Shown: positions 1-13,898 of the stretch, piece by piece
Position numbering within the stretch: position 1 is the stretch's first letter
Layout of the letters: each line of letters begins with the position of its first letter
NCBI RefSeq assembly: GCF_044704955.1
Contig: NC_091998.1
Span: 12,338,001 to 12,402,000, forward strand
DNA: 64,000 nt
Source: Pristiophorus japonicus
Taxonomy: Eukaryota
Direction of reading: 5' to 3'
Translations under genes and position numbers: made by a program
Notes under the pieces: model-generated
What the model was told of the DNA's origin: nothing
Seen by the model: the letters and a program-made list of their open reading frames with translations, nothing else
Databases searched by the model: none

Positions 1-3000
1 GGCAAGTCCGACTGTGGCAACTGCAGAGAAATCATCCTGTTGTCGGCCACTGGGAAAGTCATCGCTAGAATCCTCCTCAACCGCCTTCTCCCTGTGGCTG
101 AGGAGCTTCTCGCAGAGTCACAATGTGGACTCCATCCACTACGGGGTACAACGGACACGATCGTCATGGTGCAAGAGAAATGCAGGGAACAGCACCAACC
201 CTTGTACATGGCCGCCTTTGACCTCACAAAGGCCTTTGACACTTAACCGCGAGGGACTATGGAGCATCCTTCTCCATTTCAGCTGCCCCCAAAAGGTTGT
301 CGACATCCTCCACCTGCTCCACGACGACATCCAAGCAGTGATCCTGACCAATGGATCCACCACAGACCCAATCCAAGTTCGGACCGGGGTGAAGCAGGGC
401 TGAGTCATCATGCCAACCCTCTTAATCTTCCTCGCTGCAATGCTCCATCTCACGCCCAACAAGTTCCCTGCTGGAGTGGAACTAAGCTATAGAACCAGTG
501 GAAACCTGTTCAACCGTAGTCGCCTCCAGACTAGATCTTCGGTCATCAAACTACAATACGTGGATGCGCTTGCATCTGTGCAGAGGCTGAACTCCAAGCC
601 ATCGTCAACATCTTGACCGAGGCATAAGAAAGCATGGGCCTTACACTAAACATCTGTAAGACAAAGGTCCTCCACCAACCTGACCCCTGCCACACAGCAC
701 TGCTCCCCAGTCATCAAAATCCACATCAAAATTGGACAAAGTGGACCACCTTCCATACCGAGAGCCTACTATCAACAAGGGCAGACATCGATGTCTAGGT
801 CCAACACTGCCTCCAGTGCGCCAGCGCAGCCTTCGGTAGTGTTTGAAGACCAGGACCTCAAATCTGGCACCAAGCTTACGGGGACGTCGGAGCGGCCTAT
901 AAAAGGCCAGCTGGTGCAGCTGCAGCAGGGAGAGAAGGCAAAAAAGTAGAAAGAAATCAAAAGGTGACATCACAGTCAAGGAGGTAAGTGATTGGTGAGT
1001 AGTTTTTCTTTTTCTTTATCAGTAAGTAACCTTTAGCATTGTTGTTGCCAAATTAATGGGCTAGGAGCTAAATTAAAAAGTAGGACCTCAAAAGTAGTAA
1101 TCTCAGGATTGTTACCAGTGCCACGTGCTAGTCAGAGTAGGAATTGCAGGATTGCTCAGTGAATACGTGGCTTGAGGAGTGATGCACAAGGGAGGGATTC
1201 AAATTCCTGGGACATTGGAACCGGTTCTGGGGGAGGTGGGACCAGTACAAACCGGACGGTCTACACCTGGGCAGGATCGGAACCAGTGTCCTAGGGGGAA
1301 TATTTGCTTGTGCTGTTGGGGAGGGGTTAAACTAATGTGGCAGGGGGATGGGAACCTATGCAGGGAAACAGAGGGAAGTAGAATTGGGGCAGAAGCAAAA
1401 GATAGAAAGGAGAATAGTAAAAGTGGTGGGCAGAGAAACCCAAGGCAAAAAGCAAAGAGGACCACATTACAGCAAAATTCTAAAAGGGCAAAGGGTGTTA
1501 AAAAGTCAAGCCTGAAGGCTCTGAGCATTCGCAATAAAGTGGACGAATTAACTGCGTAGATAGCAGTCAACGGATATGATGCAATTGGCATCACGTAGAC
1601 AAGACTCCAGGGTGACCAAGGCTCAACATCCAGGGGTATTCAACATTTAGGAAGGATAGACAGAAAGGAACAGGAGGCAGGGTGGCGTTGCTGGTTAAAG
1701 AGGAAATTAATGCAATAGTAAGGAAGGACATTAGCTTGGATGATGTGGAATCGGTATGGGTGGAGCTACAGAATACGCTAGTGGGAGTTGTGTACAGACC
1801 ACCAAACAGTAGTGAGGTTGGGAACAGCATCAAGCAAGAAATTAGGGATGCATGCAATAAAGGGACAGCAGTCATCATAGGCGACTTTAATCTACATATT
1901 GATTGGGCTAACCAAACTGGTAGCAATGCGGTGGAGGAAGATTTCCTGGAGTGCATTAGGGATGGTTTTCTAGACCAATATGTCGAGGAGCCAACGATAG
2001 GGCTGGCCATCCTAGACTGGGTGATGTGTTTTGAGAAAGGAATAATTAGCAATCTTGTTGTAAGAGGCCCCTTGAAGAAGAGTGACCAAAATATGGTAGA
2101 ATTCCTTAAGATGGAGAGTGACAGTTAATTCAGAGACTCGGGTCCTGAACTTAAGGAAAGGTAACTTCGATGGTATGAGACGTGAATTGGCTAGAATAGA
2201 TGGCGAGTGATTCTTAAAGGGTTGACGGTGGATAGGCAATGGCAAACATTTAAAGATCACATGGATGAACTTCAACAATTGTACATCCCTGTCTGGAGTA
2301 AAAATAAAATGGGGAAGGTGGCTCAACCGTGGCTAACAAGGGAAATTAAGGATAGCATTAAATCCAAGGAAGAGGCATATAAATTTGCCAGAAATAGCAG
2401 CAAACCTGAGGACTGGAAGAATTTTATAATACAGCAGAGGATGACAAAAGGTTTAATTAGGAGGGGAAAAATAGAGTACGAGGGGAAGCTTGCTGGGAAC
2501 ATAAAAACTGACTGCAAAAGCTTCTATAGATATGGGAAGAGAAAAAGATTAGTGAAGACAAATGTAGGTCCCTTGCAGTCAGATTCAGGTGAATTTATAA
2601 TGGGGAACAAAGAAATGGTGGACCAGTTAAGCAAATACTTCGGTTCTGTCTTCACGAAGGAAGACACAAATAACCTTCCGGAAATACAAAGGGACCGAGG
2701 GTCTAGCAAGGAGGAACTGAAGGAAATTCTTATTAGACGAGAAATTGATGGGATTGAAGGTCGATAAATCCCCGGGGCCTGATAGTCTGCATCCCAGAGT
2801 ACTTAAGGAAGTAGCTCTAGAAATAGTGGATGCATTGGTGATAATTTTCCAACAGTCTATCGATCGGTTCGTATGGATTGGAGGGTAGCTAATGTAACAC
2901 CACTTTTTAAGGGAGGGAGGGAGAAGGCAATTATAGACATCAGCAGTGGGGAAAATGTTGGAATCAATTATTAAAGACGAAATAGCAGCATATTTGGAAA

Positions 3001-4940
3001 GCAGTGACAGGATCGATCCAAGTTAGCATGGATTTATGAAAGGGAAATCCTGCTTGACAAATCATCTAGAATTTTTTTTGAGGATGTAACTGGTAGAGTG
3101 GACAAGGGAGAACACGGTGAATGTGGTGCACTTAGACTTTCAAAAGGCTTTTGACAAGATCCCACACAAAATATTGGCGTGCAAAATGAAAGCACACGTT
3201 ACTGGGGGTAATGTACTGACATGGATAGAGAACTGGTTGGCAGACAGGAAGCAGAGTCAGGATAAACAGGTCCTTTTCAGAATGGCAGGCAGTGACTAGT
3301 GGGGTGCCGCAGGGCTCAGTGCTGGGACCCCAGCTATTTACAATATACATTAATGATTTGGATGAGGGAATTGAGTGTAATATCTCCAAGTTTGCAGATG
3401 ACACTAAGCTTGGTGGCGGTGTGAGCTGTGAGGAGGATGCTAAAAGGCTGCAGGGTGACTTGGACAGGTTAGGTGAGTGGGCAAATGCATGGCAGATGCA
3501 GTATAAGGTGGATAAATGTGAGGTTATCCACTTTGGGGGCAAAAACACGAAGGCAGATTATCTGAATGATGGCAGATTAGGAAAAGGGGAGCTGGGTGTT
3601 ATGGTATATCAGTCACTGAAAATTGGCATGCAGGTACAGCAGGCGGTGAAGGCAGCATATGGTATATTGGCCTTCATAGCTAGGGGATTTGAGTATAGGA
3701 GCAGGGAGGTCTTACTGCACTTCTACAGGGCCTTAGTGAGGCCTCACCTGGAACTTGTGTTCAGTTTTGGTCTCCTAATCTAAGGAAGAACGTTCTTGCT
3801 ATTGAGGGAGTGCAGCGAAGGTTCACCAGACGGATTCCCAGGATGGCAGGACTGACATATGAGGAGGGACTGAATCGACTGGGCCTATATTCACTGGAGT
3901 TTAGAAGGATCAGAGGGGATCTCAAACATATAAAATTCAGATGGGACTGGACAGGTTAGATGCAGGAAGAATGTTCCCGATGTTGGGGAAGTCCAGAACC
4001 AGGGGACATAGTCTAAGGATAAGGGGTAAGCCATTTAGGACTGAGCTGAGGAGAAACTTCACTCAGTTGTTAACCTGTGGAATTCCCTACCGCAGAGTGT
4101 TGTTGATGGCAGCTCATTGGCTATATTCAAGAGGGAGTTAGATATGGTCCTTACGGCTAAAGGGATCAAGGGGTATGGAGAGAAAGCAGGAAAGGGAAAC
4201 TGAGGGTGAATGATCAGCCATGATCTTATTGAATGGTGGTGCAGGCTCGAAGAGCCGAATGGCCTACTCCTGCACCTATCTTCTATGTTTCTATGTTTAC
4301 AGAGCTGTAGTAATACCCTCCCTCCTATATGGCTCAGACGTGGACCATATACAGTAGGCACCTCAAATCGCTGGAAAAATACCAACGCTGTCTCCGCAAG
4401 ATCTTGCAAATCCTCTGGGAGGATAGACGCACCAACCACCAGTGCTCTCGATCAGGCCAACATCTCCAGCATCGAAGCACTGACCACACTCTACCAGCTC
4501 CGTTTGGCGGGCCACACTTTCTGCATGCCGGACAAGACTCCCAAAGCAAGCGCTCTACTTGGAACTCTGACACGGCAGACGATCCCCTGGTGGGCAGAGG
4601 AAATGTTTCAAGACACCCTCAAAGCCTCCTTGATAAAGTGCAACATCCCCACCGACATCTGGGAGTCCCTGGCCAAAGACTGCCCTATGTGGAGGAAGAG
4701 CATCCAGGAGGGCGCTGAGCACCTTGAGTTTCTTCACAGAAAGCATGCAGAAAACATGCGCAGGCAGCGGAAGGAACGTGCGGCAAACCGGACTCCCCAT
4801 CCACCCGTTCCTTCAACGACTCTGTCACAGGTGGGACAGAGACTAATTCCTGAATTGGACTGTACAGCCACATGAGAACGCACTTTTTATATATATATAT
4901 GTGGAAGCAAGTCTTCCTTGATTGAGGTACTGCCTATAAT
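1..4940 (+). mobile_element. RTE-clade LINE (degenerate, runs off window start), interrupted by CR1 at ~880-4298
   Basis: RT peptides such as LLNRLLPVAEELLAESQCG, QEKCREQHQPLYMAAFDLTKAFDT and TGVKQG. RTE 3' part resumes at ~4299 and ends ...ctgcctataatg. Lies in copy 1 intron 4. Confidence 0.9.
880..4298 (+). mobile_element. CR1 LINE with 5'UTR, ORF1 esterase remnant and disrupted ORF2
   Basis: SGNH-like ORF1 remnant (~1085-1330), APE endonuclease (GDFN), RT motifs ([14 protein letters not shown]), tail ...ttctatgtttctatg. Confidence 0.92.
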
Positions 4941-6210
4941 GTATTCTTCTCCCTTATTGCTAGCATAAAGGCCCAGGTTGTTATCGGTAAAGATTTAGTT
5001 TTAACAATTGCTTTTGTTTGCTAATCAAAAATCACATTGGTGAATATTTTCACTATATCATCATAACTGCACTTCCCAGGTAAACACCCACTAATCCACT
5101 AATTGATCCCCAATAATGGTTCTCACATGCAAGGCTGACGTACAGCACTGTTGTGATGTTTAGTGAAGATGGCGTTGTGTTTAAAAATGACAACCGCTTA
5201 AGACCACAACTCAGGTACTTTTAAACAGTCAGATCATCATACATTGGTTACAGCACAGAAGACGACTATTTGGCCCGTAGAGCCCATGCCAGCTCTCTGC
5301 AAGAGCACTTCAGCCCTGCAAATTATTTTCTGAGGTGTGTGTGCAACACCCTTTTGAAAGCAGTGACCGAGTCTGCCTCCACTATCTCTTCTGCCAGTGC
5401 ATTCCAAATACTAACCACTCGCTGTGTTAGAAAAAGTTTCTTATGCTGCCTTTGGTTATTTGACCAATCACCTTAAATCTTTGTCCTCTGGTTCTCAACC
5501 CTTCTGCCAATGGGGAACAGTTTCTCTATCTACTCTGTCCAGACCCATTTCTGTAGATTGGTAACTACTTCTGAATGCCTGGCACACACCCAGAGGAGCA
5601 GCCAGGTAATGAGAATTAAAGCCAGCAGAAACCAGATCTCTATTTCCTCCTCCTTTTTAATAAAAGAGATCATTTAGTTGAAGTGTGGCACCTCAAGTAC
5701 AACAGATGCAGCTTATCCAAAACTTGGGCAAACCTGAAAGGTCCCAAGGCATGGATATATTGCTCATCTACAGCTTAGAAACAACATTAGCCCAGCAAAG
5801 ACTGGTCATATTTTCAGTAAGTGTAATGAACAGATGATGCCGTTCAAAAATGTAGCAAATGTAGCTACGACTCAAAACTGAAAGTAACAATTTGATTTGC
5901 AGAACTATTCATATAGAAATAAACAGTTGCTTATATATGACACCTTGTCAGAAATGTCTCAAAAGCTATGACTTCGGCTTCGATATAATTTACTTGGGAT
6001 TCTCCAATGATATTTTATACAATGATATTTGATAATATTCTATCTCGCAGCCCTCATTTTTCACACCGCTTCCATCTGGTCCCCATGTCCCCGCTACCCA
6101 CACCGTCCTTCACCCCAACAAACTCAACATTCCCTTCCGCCTACCTCCTCCACTCTTCCCACCCCACCCCTGAAACACATCAATACAAATATGCCAAGCA
6201 TCCTACTTAC

Positions 6211-9036
6211 CAGGCTCTGTGTGCTTCAGTGTGAAATTCTCATCCTCAAACTTGGTCCCGTAGATGGACTTTCCACCCGTGCCATTGTGCTGTGTGAAGT
6301 CACCGCCCTGTACAATGGAAAGTTGAGCAGGTCATTGACCATTTACTGAAACAGGCACAGAGATATTCCCAAATATTCGCAAAATAAAGTTGCTCCTCAC
6401 CTGACACATGAAGTCAGGAATGATTCTGTGGAATGTGGAGCTCTTGTAACCAAAACCCTTCTCCCCGGTGCACAATGCACGGAAGTTTTCTGCAACAAAG
6501 CCATTCAGAGTAAGACCACCGATCTAAAAGACAGACTTTCTTCAACTCAACAGTTCGTTTATGGGACTTACCTGCAGTCTTTGGGACCACATCAGCCCTG
6601 AGCTGAAAGAGACAACAGTGCACAGCTTCAGTATATCGACCATGTACAATAATAAAACACTACAGATTCATATCATAGCCGTAATTACTGTTCAAACATT
6701 ATATTGAGAAGACTTGTAAAAGCTACATATCACGTACACATGAACAAGTTTTATACAGAGCAACGGTAACAATTGTAGCAACACTGCTGCTGCAATTATT
6801 TTACCACATAGCTGATCAATAAGCATTTAACAGTGATTCTTAAACGTGTGTGGGGAAATTCCTGTAATTCACAACATACTCCTGGGGTCCCTTACAAATG
6901 AGGGGAACTCTCATTTCACAAAGACAATGTCAGCGAGTCAATGGAAACCAGTGGCATCACTGCAGGACTTACTGGAAATCAAATTATTTTTTAAAGCTGT
7001 TAACACATTAGGGAAAGAGGGAGAAAAGTGCAAAGAAGCCAAAACACCTGCAATGGCTCTTGTTGCTACCTCATGAGTAGCAACCCAACTTCAGTGTGCC
7101 AGTGCAGCCTTCGGTCAAGGACCATAAACTCAGCACCAAGCTCATGGTCTACAGAGCAGTAGTGATACCCACCCTGCTACATGATAGAGACATGTTCTAT
7201 CTACTGCAAGCACCTCAAAGCACTGGGGAAAGTACGACCAACGCTGCCTCTGCAAGATCCTGCCAATGTTCTCGCTCAGGCCAACATCCCCAGCATCGAA
7301 GCATTGACCACGCTCGATTAGCTCCGATGGACGGGCCACATTGACCGCATGCCCGACACTAGACTCCCGAAACAAACGCTCTACTCAGAGCTCCGACACG
7401 GCAATCGAGGCCCAGGTGGGTAGAGGAAATGCTTCAAGAACACCCTCAAAGCCTCATTGAAAAAGTGCAATGACCCCCAACCGACATCTGGGAATCGCTG
7501 GCTCAAGGCCGCTCAAAGTAGAGAACCATCTGGGAAGACACCCAACACCGAGTCACAGAAACATAGAAAATAGGTGCAGGAGTAGGCCATTCAGCCCATC
7601 GAGCCTGCACCACCATTCAATGAGTTCATGGCTGAACATGCAACTTCAGTACCCCATTCTTGTTTTCTCGCCATACCCCTTGATCCCCCTAGTAGTAAGG
7701 ACTACATCTATAACTCCTCTTTGAATATATTTAGTGAATTGGCCTCAACAACTTTCTGTGGTAGAGAATTCCACAGGTTCACCACTCTCTGGGTGAAGAA
7801 GTTTCTCATCTCGGTCCTAAATGGCTTACCCCTTATCCTTAGCCTGTGACCCCTGGTTCTGGACTTCCAACATTGGGAACATTCTTCGTGCATCTAACCT
7901 GTCTGAAGCAGTCAGAATTTTAAACGTTTCGATGAGATCCCCTCTCATTCTACTGAACTCCAGTGAATACAAGCCCAGTTGATCCAGTCTTTCTTGATAT
8001 GTCAGTCCCGCCATCCTGGGAATCAGTCTGGTGAACCTTCGCTGCACTCCCTCAATAGCAAAAATGTCCTTCCTCAAGTTAGGAGACCAAAACTGTACAC
8101 AATACTCCAGGGTGTGGCCTCACCAAGGCCCTGTACAACTGTAGCAACACCTCCCTGCCCCTGTACTCAAATACCCTCGCTATGAAGGCTAACATGCCAT
8201 TTCCTTTCTTAACCGCCTGCTGTACCTGCATGCCAACCTTCAATGACTGATGTACCATGACACCCAGGTCTCTTTGCACCTCCCCTTTTCCTAATCTGTC
8301 ACCATTCAGATAATAGTCTGTCTCTCTGTTTTTACCACCAAAGTGGATAACCTCACATTTATCCACATTATACTTCATCTGTCATGCATTTGCCCACTCA
8401 CCTAACCTATCCAAGTCGCTCTGCAGCCTCATAGCATCCTCCTCGCAGCTCACACTGCCACCCGCAAATTTGGATACTACATTTAATCCCCTCGTCCAAA
8501 TCAGTAATGTACAGTGTAAACAGCTGTTCGTTGGGAGCAAGCGGAAGCCAAGCTCTAACAGCGGAAGGAGTGCACGACAACCCAAGCACCCCATCACCTG
8601 TGACAGACTGCAGGTCCCGCATCAGACACCTGAGAACTCATTAACATGGAAACAAGTCACCCTCGACTCCGAGGGACTGCCCAAGAATAGAATATAGCCA
8701 CACATGTACACAGGACTCCAAAGTGTGGTCTAGTATTGCACGCTTACGGTTAGTTTTTAAACCCAGTTTTGCAGCGACTGCACACATTCCAGAGGAGCCA
8801 CACCTTGCTGCTCTTGGCCCGCGCAGGCGCACTGGTCCGGGGGGAACAGCTCCCCCAGCGGCCGGTCTGTCTCGGCTCAGCCTAGGACCGCGCAGGCGCA
8901 CTGGTCCCGGGAACAGCTCCCCCAGCGGCCGGCGGCCCGCGCGCGGCAAGGCTTTCCTCACCGCCATCACGATCCGGCCCAGTCTTTTGCCGTTGATATC
9001 GATGTCCATGAAGACCCGGGGATTGTTGCCGGCCAT
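6211..9036 (-). CDS. Cyclophilin-type peptidyl-prolyl cis-trans isomerase, copy 1 (partial: exons 1-4; exons 5-6 expected left of the window)
   Basis: Exons complement(8962-9036, 6572-6602, 6401-6489, 6211-6307) = 75/31/89/97 nt, with canonical GT/AG splice sites. Translation [97 protein letters not shown]. Strong Kozak context (gcaccATGG). Intron 4 matches copy 2 down to ~4942, then is interrupted by RTE/CR1 to the window edge. PPIA- vs PPIF-orthology is unresolved. Confidence 0.93.
7090..8690 (+). mobile_element. 5'-truncated RTE in copy 1 intron 1 (orthologous to the one in copy 2), containing a minus-strand CR1 at ~7557-8527
   Basis: RTE C-terminal peptides; 5' junction identical to that at ~32210. 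Nested CR1 3' fragment. Confidence 0.85.
8820..8932. repeat. Same 67-bp unit (~1.7 copies) in copy 1 intron 1
   Basis: Matches the 33943-34256 unit. Confidence 0.85.
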
Positions 9037-9139
9037 GGTGCGGGAGGGTTTGCCGAGTTGTCGAGCTCAGTGTGTGTGAGAGACCGTGAGGTAAACTGGC
9101 GCGGAGAGCTGCTCGCAGGCGGAAGGGAAGGGCGGGGCT

Positions 9140-9460
9140 CGGCGGCGCCTTAAGTAGCGTTTCCTGTCAATCACGCGTTGGGCGGGGCTGCGCTCCTCAT
9201 TGGCTGGCAATCACAGAGGGCGGGGCCACGCTCCCCATTGGCTGTGAATCAGAGGGGTGGGCGAAGCAGCGCTTCCCATTGACTGTCAATCAAACGGAGG
9301 GCGGGGCCGCTCTCCCCATTGGTTGCCAATCAGAGGGGGCGGGGCCACATCCCCATTGACTGTCGGACGGCAGGACCACACTCCCCATTGGCTGCCAAGC
9401 ACACGGAGGGCGGGGCCGCTCTCCCCATTGGCTGTCAGTCGCGGAGGGCGGGGCTATAAT
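9140..9460 (-). promoter_or_regulatory. Copy 1 promoter: TATA-like CTTAAG plus ~8 diverged ~40-bp modules (GC box + TGAYTGACAG + CCAAT)
   Basis: CpG-rich. Repeated gggcgggg...ccccattggctgtcaatca units start ~9164, 9204, 9242, 9283, 9323, 9360, 9392 and 9432; cttaag at 9149-9154. Confidence 0.75.
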
Positions 9461-9593
9461 CTCGCACAATGTCTCTGTTCCTGTCTCAGAGTCCCATGTG
9501 GCGACTGGTTCTCGCCAAACCTTATAAAAATAAACACTTGCATTTATATAGCGCCTTTCATGACCACCAGATGTCTCAAAGTGCTTTATCCAT

Positions 9594-10530
9594 TAGAAAC
9601 ATAGAAAATAGGAGTAGGCCATTTGGCCCTTCGAGCCTGCACCACCATTCAATAAGATCATGGCTGATCATTCCCTCAGTACCCCTTTCCTGCTTTCTCT
9701 CCATATCCCTTGATTCCTTTAGCCGTAAGGGCCATATCTAACTCCCTCTTGAATATATCCAGTGAACTGGCCTCAACAACTCTCTGCGCCAGGGAATTCC
9801 AGAGGTTAACAACTCTGAGTGAAGAAGTTTCTCCTCATCTCGGTCCTAAACGGCCTACCCCTTATCCTTAGGCTGTGTCCCCTGGTTCTGGACTTCCCCA
9901 ACATTGGGAACATTCTTCCTGCATCTAACCTGTCCAGTCCCGTCAGAATTTTATATGTTTCTATGAGATCCCCTCTCTTCCTTCTAAACTCCAGTGAATA
10001 TAAGCCCAGTCGCTCCAGTCTTATATATCAGCTGCCATCCCGGGAATCAGTCTGGTGAACCTTCGCTGCACTCTCTCAATAGCAAGAGTGTCCTTCCTCA
10101 GATTAGGAGACCAAAACTGTACACAATATTCAAAGTGTGGCCTCACCAAGGCCCTGTACAATTGCAGTAAGACCTTCCTGCTCCTATACTCAAATGCCCT
10201 AGCTATGAAGGCCAACATACCATTTGCCTTCTTCACCGCCTGCTGTACCTGCATGCTTTCAATGACTGCTGTACCATGACACCCAGGTCTCATTGCACCT
10301 CCCCTTTTCCTAATCTGCCGCCATTCAGATAATATTCTGCCTGTGTGTTTTTGCCACCAAAGTGGATAACCTCACATTTATCCACATTATACTGCATCTG
10401 CCACGCATTTGCCCACTCACCTAACCTGTCCAAGTCACCCTGCAGCCTTTTAGCGTCCTCCTCACAGCTCACACCGCCAGCCAGCTAAGTGTCATCTGCA
10501 AACTTGGAGATATTACATTCAATTCCCTCA
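9594..10530 (-). mobile_element. CR1 LINE 3' fragment
   Basis: RT C-terminus ([25 protein letters not shown]) and CR1 tail. Confidence 0.9.
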
Positions 10531-10625
10531 ACCACCTGCCTCATTGTGGATCCCCTGATCCCAACTGGCTGGGGTTTTATTGAGTCTTGTGAACATCACG
10601 TGACTGGCTAAGCCACTCACAACTC

Positions 10626-10946
10626 TTTTGGGGGGTGAACAAAATAAACATTAAATCAAGTGCCCCCCGATCTGGGGGACACTCCAAACACTTTTCACGT
10701 GCACTTTTTTTTTTTGTTTGTTTTTATGGTGATTTTTGTGGGGTTTTTTGGGCACTAAAATCATGATTTTTTCCAAGTACCCCCTATAAAAGGGGAGGGG
10801 CACACTAAAACCAGCATTTAAAATAAATTAGACTTTAAAACAAATAAAATCAAATTAAAATTTGGTTGCCGGGGGTGATGATGCACTCCAGTCCCTCCGG
10901 TGCCCACCTCTCGCGAAAGGCCGCGAGCGTACCGGTGGACACCGCG
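10626..10946 (-). mobile_element. Tx1-clade (L1 group) non-LTR retrotransposon, short 3' fragment
   Basis: ORF2 end AVSTGTLAAFRERWAPEGLECIITPGNQILI* plus 3'UTR; flanked by a 19-bp direct repeat. Confidence 0.85.
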
Positions 10947-10965
10947 GCTAAGCCACTCACAACTC

Positions 10966-12416
10966 TTTTAGAGGAGACAAATAAACAGTAGGTCAAGTGA
11001 CCCCCGATCTGGGGGACACTCCAAACATTTTTCAACTGCCCTTTTTTTAAAACTTTTTTTGGGGGGGTTTTTGTGATTTTTTGGGGCAATAAAATCATAA
11101 ATTTTACAAGTGCCCCCTATAAAAGGGGAGGGGGACATTAAAAACCCCGGCAATTAAAACAAATTAAACTTTAAACCAGATCAAATCAAATTAAAATTTG
11201 GTTGCCGGGCGTGATGATGCACTCCAGTCCCTCCGGCGCCCACCTCTCGCGGAAGGCCGCGAGCGTACCGGTGGACACCGCGTGCTCCATCTCTAGGGAC
11301 ACCCTGGCCCGGATATAGGCCCGGAAGAGAGGCAGGCAGTCAGGCTGAACGACCCCCTCGACCGCCCGCTGCCTGGACCGGCTGATGGCACCCTTGGCCG
11401 TGCCCAGGAGCAGTCCTACGAGGAGGCCCTCGGACCTACCCGCTCCCCTCCGCACAGGGTGCCTAAAGATCAGGAGTGTGGGACTGAAGTGCAACCAGAA
11501 TTTCAGGAGCAGCCCCTTTAAATATTGGAACAGGGGCTGCAACCTCACACATTCAGTAAAAACATGGAACACGGACTCCTCCAGACCGCAGAAATTGCAG
11601 GCGGCTTGGGAGCACATGAACCGGCTTAAAAATTAGTTGCACAGGACTGCTCCGTGCACCACCCTCCAGGCCAAGTCCCCGATAAATAATGGGAGGACTC
11701 CCGCGTAATGTGCACTCCATCGGGGACCCCCGCCTCCTCCGGACGGCACTATGGTACGCCATGGCGTGTCCGGAAGGCAGACGAGGATGGCAAGGTTGAG
11801 AGTGTGCAGGAGCAGCCCGTACAGGAAACCCCTCCGCGCAGAACTGAAAGGCACGGAGGGGATTTCCCCGAGGCGGCTCAAGTTGTGAAGCGCCGGCTCC
11901 CAAGGGAGGTTCTGGGGTTTGGCGCTGATGAGGAATTCCGTCCGGACGGGGGTCAGTTCGGTCGGGATCTCCCCACGTGCTTGAGCCTCCTCGACGCACC
12001 TAATGGAGTCGGGGCCCAGTGCTGTTTTTAGCGACTCGATGGCATCGGCCGAGCGGCGGACGTCGGCCGAATTTAGGCGCCGCGCCAGCATGTCTGCCGC
12101 CATCCAGCCCGCTCCTCCGCCATCGAGCAGGTCCCTGACCCTGGTCACCTCACCAGCCACAGCCCTCTCGTCCGACTGCCACCTAAAACCTCGGAAGTGG
12201 AGGTACGGATTCCTGAGCAGCGGCTCCTGCAGGACAGCCGCCACTCCAGCCGGTGGAGAGCTGCGCTTGGTGGAGACTTTGTTCCAGACCCTGGTGAGTT
12301 CCTTGTAAAAGACAGGCAGCTCCTGGACGGCGGTCCTGACGCCCCCCAAGCTCACAAACAGGAGCTGCGTGTCGTAGTTGAGGTCGTGCTGCTGGCGGAA
12401 GAAATGCGTCGCCAGC
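10966..12416 (-). mobile_element. Tx1-clade non-LTR retrotransposon, 5'-truncated
   Basis: ORF2 C-terminus with LPVFYKEL..VW, DLAWRVVHGA and zf-RVT CCHC motif CNFCGLEESVFHVFTEC; one premature stop; 19-bp TSDs. Confidence 0.88.
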
Positions 12417-12435
12417 GCTAAGCCACTCGCAACTC

Positions 12436-13898
12436 TTTTAGGGAGTACAAAACAAACATTAGATCAAGTGCCCCCCAATCTGGGGGACACTCCAGACACT
12501 TATACCTGCCCTCTTTTTTTTTTGTTATTTTTGACTGTTTTTTGGGGGTTTTTTGTGATTTTTTTTTTGGGCAATAAAATCATAAATTTTACAAGTGCCC
12601 CCGATAAAAGGGGAGGGGGACACTAAAAACCCCGGCAATTAAAACAAATTAAACTTTAAAACATAAAATCAAATTAAAATTTGGTTGCCAGTCGTGATGA
12701 TGCACTCCAGTCCCTCCGGCGCCCATCTCTCGCGGAAGGCCACGAGCGTACCGGTGGACACCGCGTGCTCCATCTCTAGGGACACCCTGGCCCGGATGTA
12801 GGCTCGGAAGAGAGGCAGGCAGTCAGTCTGAACGACCCTCTCGACCATCCGCTGCCTGGACCGGCTGATGGCACCCTTGGCCGTGCCCAGGAGCAGTCTA
12901 CGAGGAGGCCCTCGGACCTACTCGCTCCCCTCCGCACAGGGTGCCCAAAGATCAGGAGTGTGGGACTGAAGTGCAACCAGAATTTCAGGAACAGCCCCTT
13001 TAAATATTGGAACAGGGGCTGCAACCTCGCACACTCCATAAAAACATGGAACATGGACTCCTCCAGACCGCAGAAATTGCAGGCGGCCTGGGAGCCCGTG
13101 AACCGACTTAAAAATGTATTGCACGGGACTGCTCCGTGCACCACCCTCCAGGCCAAGTCCCCGATGAATAGTGGGAGAACTCCCGCGTAGAGTGCCCTCC
13201 ATCGGGGACTCCCGCCTCCTCCGGACGGCAAGATGGTACACCATGGCGTGTCCGGACGGCAGGCGAGGATGGCAAAGTTGAGAGTGTGCAGAAGCAGCCC
13301 GTACAGGAAACCCCTCCGCGCAGAACTGAAAGGCATGGAGGGGATTTCCCCGAGGCGGCTCAAGTTGTGAGGCGCCGGCTCCCGAGGGAGGTTCCGGGGT
13401 TTGGCGCCGATAGGAATTCCGTCCGGGCGGGGGTCAGTTCGGTCGGGATCGCCCCACATGCTTGAGCCTCCTCGATGCACCTAACTGAGTCAGGGCCCAG
13501 TGCTGTTTTTAGCGACTCGATAGCGTCGGCCGCGCGCCTGACGTCGGCCGAATTTAGGCGCCGCGCCAGCGTGTCTGGCGCCATCCAGCCCGCTCCTCCG
13601 CCATCGAGCAGGTCCCTGACCCTGGTCACCTCACCAGCCACAGCCCTCTCGTCCGACTGCCACCTAAAACCTCGGTCGTGGAGGTACGGATTTCCGAGCA
13701 GCAGCTTCTGCAGGACAGCCGCCACTCCAGCCGGTGGAGAGCTGCGCTTGGTGGAGACTTTGTTCCAGACCCTGGTGAGTTCCTTGTAAAAGACAGGCAG
13801 CTCCTGGACGGCGGTCCTGACGCCCCCCTAAGCTCACAAACAGGAGCTGCGTGTCGTAGTTGAGGCCGTGCTGCTGGCGGAAGAAATACGTCGCCAGC
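12436..13898 (-). mobile_element. Tx1-clade non-LTR retrotransposon, 5'-truncated
   Basis: Same family and same 5' end as 10966-12416; frameshifted; 19-bp TSDs. Confidence 0.88.

Noticed and set aside
8641-9036. 131-aa ORF (and the 159-aa ORF at 33880-34359) as single-exon genes
   Set aside because: Only the first 25 codons are cyclophilin exon 1; the rest is read-through past the GT donor into the intronic minisatellite.
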